A DNA stretch of 64,000 nt from an uncultured Bacilli bacterium (GTDB taxonomy: Bacteria > Bacillota_I > Bacilli_A > RFN20 > CAG-826). The notes beneath the pieces were generated by a model. That model did not search any database, had not been told where the DNA came from, and worked only from the letters and a program-made list of their open reading frames with translations. The stretch is from contig CAKUWP010000011.1 in the NCBI GenBank assembly GCA_934699525.1, forward strand, positions 1,611 through 65,610, read 5' to 3'. Positions 59,425 to 64,000 of this stretch are shown piece by piece. Numbering within the stretch: position 1 is the stretch's first letter; every line of letters begins with the position of its first letter. The translations under genes were made by a program, and so were the position numbers.

Positions 59425-59640
59425 CTCCATTAAAAAACCGCGCCCAATTGGGGCGCGGCGCGCGGTACCACCCAACTTTTTATTCTCTGTTTAGAATAAA
59501 ATCTCTTATGGCCTTAACGCGGCCCACGTTTCCTCCCAAGCGACTCCCTAGGACTTTTTACCCCGCTTCCACCATCCGGAGCTCTCTTTAAAAAAGCAAC
59601 CTAAGTCCCTCTTGTTCATCGGAACAAAAAAATTATAAAC
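59425..59640 (-). promoter_or_regulatory. T-box riboswitch leader of valS
   Basis: On the minus strand, conserved T-box sequence AAAAAGTTGGGTGGTACCGCGCG. Terminator CCGCGCC-ccaattg-GGCGCGG followed by TTTTTT. Candidate GUC specifier in the upstream stem. Confidence 0.75.
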
Positions 59641-59665
59641 AAATTAAGAAAATAGAAAACCTTTT

Positions 59666-60238
59666 TTAGCGCTTTAGCATAGAAAGAATTGCGGATTGAA
59701 TCTTATTCCTTGCTTCCGTTGATCCGTCACTGCAAATCACATCGTTAAAGCCTAATTCTTTCGAAGTTTTTAGCGCTTGGAAACGTTCCTTTTGGTTCAT
59801 CGTGTCGCATTTTGTAAGCACGACCAGAAGGGGTTTACCCGAATTTTCCAAATACCGATAAAAGGCGACATCGTCTTTGCCGGGCTTCCGACGCAAATCT
59901 AGTAACAAGACGATGCAACGAATTAGCGGAGAAGGAATCGCCTCTTCCATCATCGTAGAAAACTGAACGGTGGATAAGGTAGCAAAATTCGTCGACCCAT
60001 ACCCCGGAGCGTCCACAAGATAAAAAGATTCGTCGACCAAAAAGAAATTGAGAGATTTGGTTTTGCCAGCCTTTTTCGAGGAAAAGGCGATTTTTTGCCC
60101 CACCAAACCATTAATAAGCGTAGATTTACCGACGTTCGATCTGCCAACCATCATCACGCCGGGCTTCCAATCGGCTTTAAAAGAAGAAAGAGAAGGCGCG
60201 CTTGTGATAAAACGCACCTTCTTAAACGAATCACTCAT
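59666..60238 (-). CDS. engB: ribosome biogenesis GTPase EngB/YsxC
   Basis: GRSNVGKSTLIN G1 motif. 190 aa from the M with RBS AAGGAG. lon-ysxC synteny as in Bacillus. Confidence 0.85.
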   Translation of the reverse strand: MSDSFKKVRFITSAPSLSSFKADWKPGVMMVGRSNVGKSTLINGLVGQKIAFSSKKAGKTKSLNFFLVDESFYLVDAPGYGSTNFATLSTVQFSTMMEEAIPSPLIRCIVLLLDLRRKPGKDDVAFYRYLENSGKPLLVVLTKCDTMNQKERFQALKTSKELGFNDVICSDGSTEARNKIQSAILSMLKR

Positions 60239-62585
60239 GAGTCTCCTTTTTGACGAGCGCGATGGCAAGCGCATCATCGACATGATTCATAAAGGAAATC
60301 TCTAAATGATCTTTTACTTCCTTTGGGAGTTCGCTCACGTCCTTTTTATTTTCAGACGGAACAATAATACGTTTAATACCGCAGCGAAGAGCCGCCAGCG
60401 ATTTTTCACGCAATCCTCCAATCGGAAGAGCCTTTCCACGCAAAGTCACTTCTCCTGTCATTGCCACATTGGCGTCAACAGGCGTCTTGCTAAGGCAAGA
60501 AATAATGGCTGTGGTGATCGCGATTCCAGCGGAAGGCCCATCCTTGGGGACCGCCCCTTCTGGAACGTGGATATGGATGTCATTCTTTTGGAAAATCTCA
60601 TCAGGAATGCCATATTTGCTGGCATTCGAACGAACAAAATCGAGAGCAATTTCTGCGGATTCTTTCATGACGTCGCCAAGTTTTCCCGTCAAAACCAAAC
60701 CGCCTTTTCCCGGGAAATAAGTCACTTCAATCGGCAAGATATCGCCACCGAATTCGGTATAGGCGAGTCCGGTTACGACACCGATTTGGTTTTCTTTTTC
60801 CTTTTTGGTCCCTTCAAATAGCTCGATTCCAAGATATTTTTGGACCAGCGCCTCGTCGATAACAACGGGCTTGACTTTCGACGGGTCATCGAGCAAATCC
60901 ACTACCACCTTGCGGCAGCAACTGGCAATTAAACGTTCGAGTTGACGAACACCCGCCTCCATGGTGTAGTGCTCAATCATTTCTTTGATGGCGCCTTCCG
61001 TAAAGGAAACATCTTCCTCCTTCAACCCGTTCGCTGCACATTGTTTCGGAATCAAAAAGCCAGTTGCAATGCGAGTTTTTTCAATTTCGGTGTAAGAAGG
61101 AACTTCAATGAGTTCTAAGCGGTCGCGCAAAGGAGCAGGAATGTTTTCCAAATAGTTTGCGGTGCAAATGAACAAAACGCTGCTCAAATCATAAGGCTCT
61201 TCGAGATAATTGTCGTTGAAGGCAAAATTTTGCTCAGGATCTAAGACTTCAAGCAAAGCGCTAGAAGGATCGCCATGATAGCTTTGCCCGCCAACCTTAT
61301 CGATTTCATCGAGCAAGAAAACGGGATTAACAACTCCGGTTTTCGTCATGCCTTGGATAATACGGCCAGGCATCGAGCCAACATAGGTTCTCCGATGTCC
61401 GCGGATTTCGGCTTCATCGCTGACTCCGCCTAGCGAAGCTTTGAAAAATTTTCTCCCTAAAGCACGGGCGATAGAACGTCCTAGACTCGTTTTACCGCAT
61501 CCAGGCGGGCCATAAAAGCATAAAATCGGAGCGCGGAGATTCCCGGTCACTTTCTTAACCGCGAGATATTCCACGATACGTTTTTTAACTTTTTCAAGTC
61601 CATAATGATCCTCGTCCAAGACTTTCCGAACATTATTTAAATCCTCGTTATCCTCGGTTTTTTCAAACCAAGGAGCATTCATGAGGGTTTCGATGTAACT
61701 CATGATAAGGGAACCTTCTAGGGAAGATTCCGGCATCATTTTGTAACGTTTCAATTCGCGCAAAACGCGATCTTTCACGTTCTTGGGATAAGGGTTTTTC
61801 TCTAATTTTTCACGAATGGAAGTCTCGTCATCGGCCGAATCGCCATCTTCGCCAAGTTCTTGACGAATGGCCTTCATTTTTTCACGAAGAAGATAATCTC
61901 TTTGTGCTTTTTCCGCGGAATCCCGCACGCGACTGTCCAATTTCGAATCAATTTCAGCGGATTTTTTGGAAAGCAAAACAAAAGCCGTAGCGTCATCAAT
62001 TCGACGAGAAACTGACGGTTCTTTCAAAAGTTGAATTTTTTGGTCAACCGTAAGGGGCAAGTATGCGGAAATGACATTAGAAAATTCTTCCCAATTCTTT
62101 CCATCTCCCGCAAGAGAAATCAAAGATGCGGGCGAAATTTTAATGGAAATACCGCGATTTTTGGTCAAGGCGTCAATCAACTTATTGGCCGCCAAACGAT
62201 TGTTTGGAGAATCCTCGTCAATAGAAGGAATGGCTTCGGCATCGGCATAAAAAGCACCGTTTTCAAAGCGCATCGCGTAAAGATTGACTCGGTTCATGCC
62301 GATGATGCGAACGCGGCATCCCCCGCCATCCAGCGGAGAAACCGACATGATTCGCGCCAGGGTTCCAAAGCCATAGACGTTCTTCAGGTCGATCTCATCC
62401 TGAGATTCATCTTTTTGAGTCGCAATCAGGATAAGGTTATTAAAGTCGAGGCGTGACTTTTCGATTGCTTGAACCGAAAAGTTCCTACCCGCCTCGACTT
62501 CTTCGTTAATGCCTGGAAATATGACAAGGGCCCTAGTAATCAGCAGAGGGAGCTGAAGTAAATTTACTGCTTCTTTTTCTTCCAT
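60231..62585 (-). CDS. lon: ATP-dependent Lon protease
   Basis: Lon N-domain, AAA+ domain (GPPGCGKTS), S16 protease domain with PKDGPSAG (catalytic Ser). 784 aa. Confidence 0.95.
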   Translation of the reverse strand: MEEKEAVNLLQLPLLITRALVIFPGINEEVEAGRNFSVQAIEKSRLDFNNLILIATQKDESQDEIDLKNVYGFGTLARIMSVSPLDGGGCRVRIIGMNRVNLYAMRFENGAFYADAEAIPSIDEDSPNNRLAANKLIDALTKNRGISIKISPASLISLAGDGKNWEEFSNVISAYLPLTVDQKIQLLKEPSVSRRIDDATAFVLLSKKSAEIDSKLDSRVRDSAEKAQRDYLLREKMKAIRQELGEDGDSADDETSIREKLEKNPYPKNVKDRVLRELKRYKMMPESSLEGSLIMSYIETLMNAPWFEKTEDNEDLNNVRKVLDEDHYGLEKVKKRIVEYLAVKKVTGNLRAPILCFYGPPGCGKTSLGRSIARALGRKFFKASLGGVSDEAEIRGHRRTYVGSMPGRIIQGMTKTGVVNPVFLLDEIDKVGGQSYHGDPSSALLEVLDPEQNFAFNDNYLEEPYDLSSVLFICTANYLENIPAPLRDRLELIEVPSYTEIEKTRIATGFLIPKQCAANGLKEEDVSFTEGAIKEMIEHYTMEAGVRQLERLIASCCRKVVVDLLDDPSKVKPVVIDEALVQKYLGIELFEGTKKEKENQIGVVTGLAYTEFGGDILPIEVTYFPGKGGLVLTGKLGDVMKESAEIALDFVRSNASKYGIPDEIFQKNDIHIHVPEGAVPKDGPSAGIAITTAIISCLSKTPVDANVAMTGEVTLRGKALPIGGLREKSLAALRCGIKRIIVPSENKKDVSELPKEVKDHLEISFMNHVDDALAIALVKKETHE

Positions 62586-62620
62586 AGAAGCACTCCTTTC
62601 CGCCTATAAAGGCTACGTTG

Positions 62621-63931
62621 TTATTCTGCTTTTTCTTCTTTTTTCTCGGCAGCGGCATCGCCGTTGTTGGCGAGAATGAAGTCTTGAATCTTACGATTCT
62701 GGAGATTTTCGCGGAAACCTTCGATTTGGTTGCCGAGGGCTTTGCGGATATCTTCAATCTTCATTTGATATTGTTCGGCCATCTTCGAAAGCTCAACATT
62801 GAGTTCAGCATCATCGACGACCATGTGTTCTACACGGGCGATCTCGTTAAGGACGAGGAATTGCTTCAAATTCTTTTCCGCGCCTTCGCGAAGTTGCTTT
62901 TTGAGGTCTTCCTCGGTTTGTCCGGTGATTTCGAGATATTGTTGGAAGGTCAAACCGTTGGATTCGATTTGCTTTTTCGTGTTTTCTTCTTGGGTTGCAG
63001 CTTCTCCGTCGATGATTCCGGAATTGATTTCCACTTTGGAGCCATCCACGATTTGGGCGACAATCGCGTCATAGAATTCACGATTAGCGGCATTCGTCTT
63101 GCGGGTCAAGATGTCTTTCTTTTCGAATTCTTTCAAGGCGTCGACGGTTTCCACGTCCTTGATTCCGAGATCTTTCACGGCTTCATCATCCAAAGCGGGG
63201 ATTTTCTTTTCCTTCACTTCGTGGATATGGCATTTGAAGGTGGCGGGCTTGCCTGCAAGTTCAGCAACGTATTTCTCAGGGAAAACGATTTGGACGTCTT
63301 TGTCTTCTTCCGCTTTCACGCCAACTAGGGCGTCCTCAAAACCAGGAACAAAGGAATTGGATCCGAGCTCGAGAGAATAATTATTTGCTTCGCCGCCATC
63401 GAAGGGCTTGTCATCGATGAATCCCTTGAAATCCAAAACGACGGTGTCGCCTTTTTTGGCTTCGCGGTCGACTACTTCAAGTTCAGCCGCATTTTCGAGG
63501 CGATGATTGATGGCATCGGCAATTTCTTCTTCGGTAACCGAAGCCACTTCACGCTTGGCGGTGAGGCCTTTATAGGCGCCAAGAGTCACTTTCGGCATCA
63601 AGGTCACAGTGAAGACCAAAGTCAATTCCTTATCGCTCACTTTGGTGACATTAACTTCCGGACGGGAGAAGGGTTGGATCTTCTCTTCGCCAAGAACTTG
63701 GGCATAGACGGGGGTCAAAACAGCATTGAGAGCTTCGTCCATCACGCGGCTTCCGTTCACATAAGAGGCAGCCATCGCAGCGGGAGCATGTCCTTTGCGG
63801 AAACCCTTAACTTGAACGTTCTTAAGGGCTTTTTCGAATTCTTTTTTCTGGGCGTTTTGCCAGACATCTTGGTCGACTTCGACTTCGATTTCGATTCTGG
63901 AATCGCCAAGATCTTTAATGGAGTGTTTCAT
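62621..63931 (-). CDS. tig: trigger factor
   Basis: GFRKGHAP ribosome-binding signature, FKBP-like PPIase domain. 436 aa. Confidence 0.95.
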   Translation of the reverse strand: MKHSIKDLGDSRIEIEVEVDQDVWQNAQKKEFEKALKNVQVKGFRKGHAPAAMAASYVNGSRVMDEALNAVLTPVYAQVLGEEKIQPFSRPEVNVTKVSDKELTLVFTVTLMPKVTLGAYKGLTAKREVASVTEEEIADAINHRLENAAELEVVDREAKKGDTVVLDFKGFIDDKPFDGGEANNYSLELGSNSFVPGFEDALVGVKAEEDKDVQIVFPEKYVAELAGKPATFKCHIHEVKEKKIPALDDEAVKDLGIKDVETVDALKEFEKKDILTRKTNAANREFYDAIVAQIVDGSKVEINSGIIDGEAATQEENTKKQIESNGLTFQQYLEITGQTEEDLKKQLREGAEKNLKQFLVLNEIARVEHMVVDDAELNVELSKMAEQYQMKIEDIRKALGNQIEGFRENLQNRKIQDFILANNGDAAAEKKEEKAE

Positions 63932-64000
63932 GTTTTTTCTTCCTTATTGAAAAGCAATGGATAATATACGCTACTTAAGTAGCTCTTCCAAACAATTTGC

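Noticed and set aside
62618-63328. 236-aa ORF on the plus strand
   Set aside because: Antisense to trigger factor, which is unambiguous.
1-64000. Searched for CRISPR repeats, tandem direct repeats, tRNA T-arm motifs (GGTTCGAATCC-like), rRNA, IS terminal inverted repeats and DnaA boxes
   Set aside because: None were found by eye. The only repeat-like structures are the terminator hairpins, the dif palindrome arms and the 20652-20730 interrupted palindrome reported above.

Overview
This 64 kb window looks like a chromosomal segment from a low-GC, Firmicutes-like bacterium with a reduced, non-sporulating genome and roughly 40% GC. Gene order closely follows the Bacillus subtilis yqe/yqf/yne neighbourhood, and standard-code ORFs are intact throughout. 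Nearly all genes are housekeeping. They cover tRNA modification, ribosomal proteins, ybeY-cdd-era-recO, glyQS-dnaG-sigA, the MEP isoprenoid genes dxs/ispG/ispH, parE/parC, the yqeG-yqeH-yhbY-nadD/yqeK-rsfS cluster, deoB, xerD, dinB, xseAB, nusB, tkt, aspS/hisS, relA, recJ, secDF, ruvAB, obg, rplU-prp-rpmA, valS with a T-box leader, engB, lon and tig. Gene orientation flips sharply at about 30 kb: genes at 0-30 kb are almost all on the + strand and genes at 30-64 kb are all on the - strand. At the convergence point sits a 28-bp sequence that closely matches the Firmicutes dif consensus. I therefore interpret the window as spanning the replication terminus. No CRISPR array, rRNA, tRNA, prophage or IS element was found. 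The most unusual content is a second sigma-70 paralog fused into the dnaG-sigA-trmK operon that has lost the invariant Trp dyad of region 2.3. There is also a pair of membrane proteins, one with an intact C39 peptidase domain and one with a degenerate ABC ATPase-like domain, in the position where B. subtilis has phoH/pgpH. Other points are a roughly 1.1 kb gene-free stretch containing structured RNA-like elements, and a binding-protein/permease pair with no ATPase beside dif. All calls come from reading the translated ORFs and the DNA by eye. No database searches were run.
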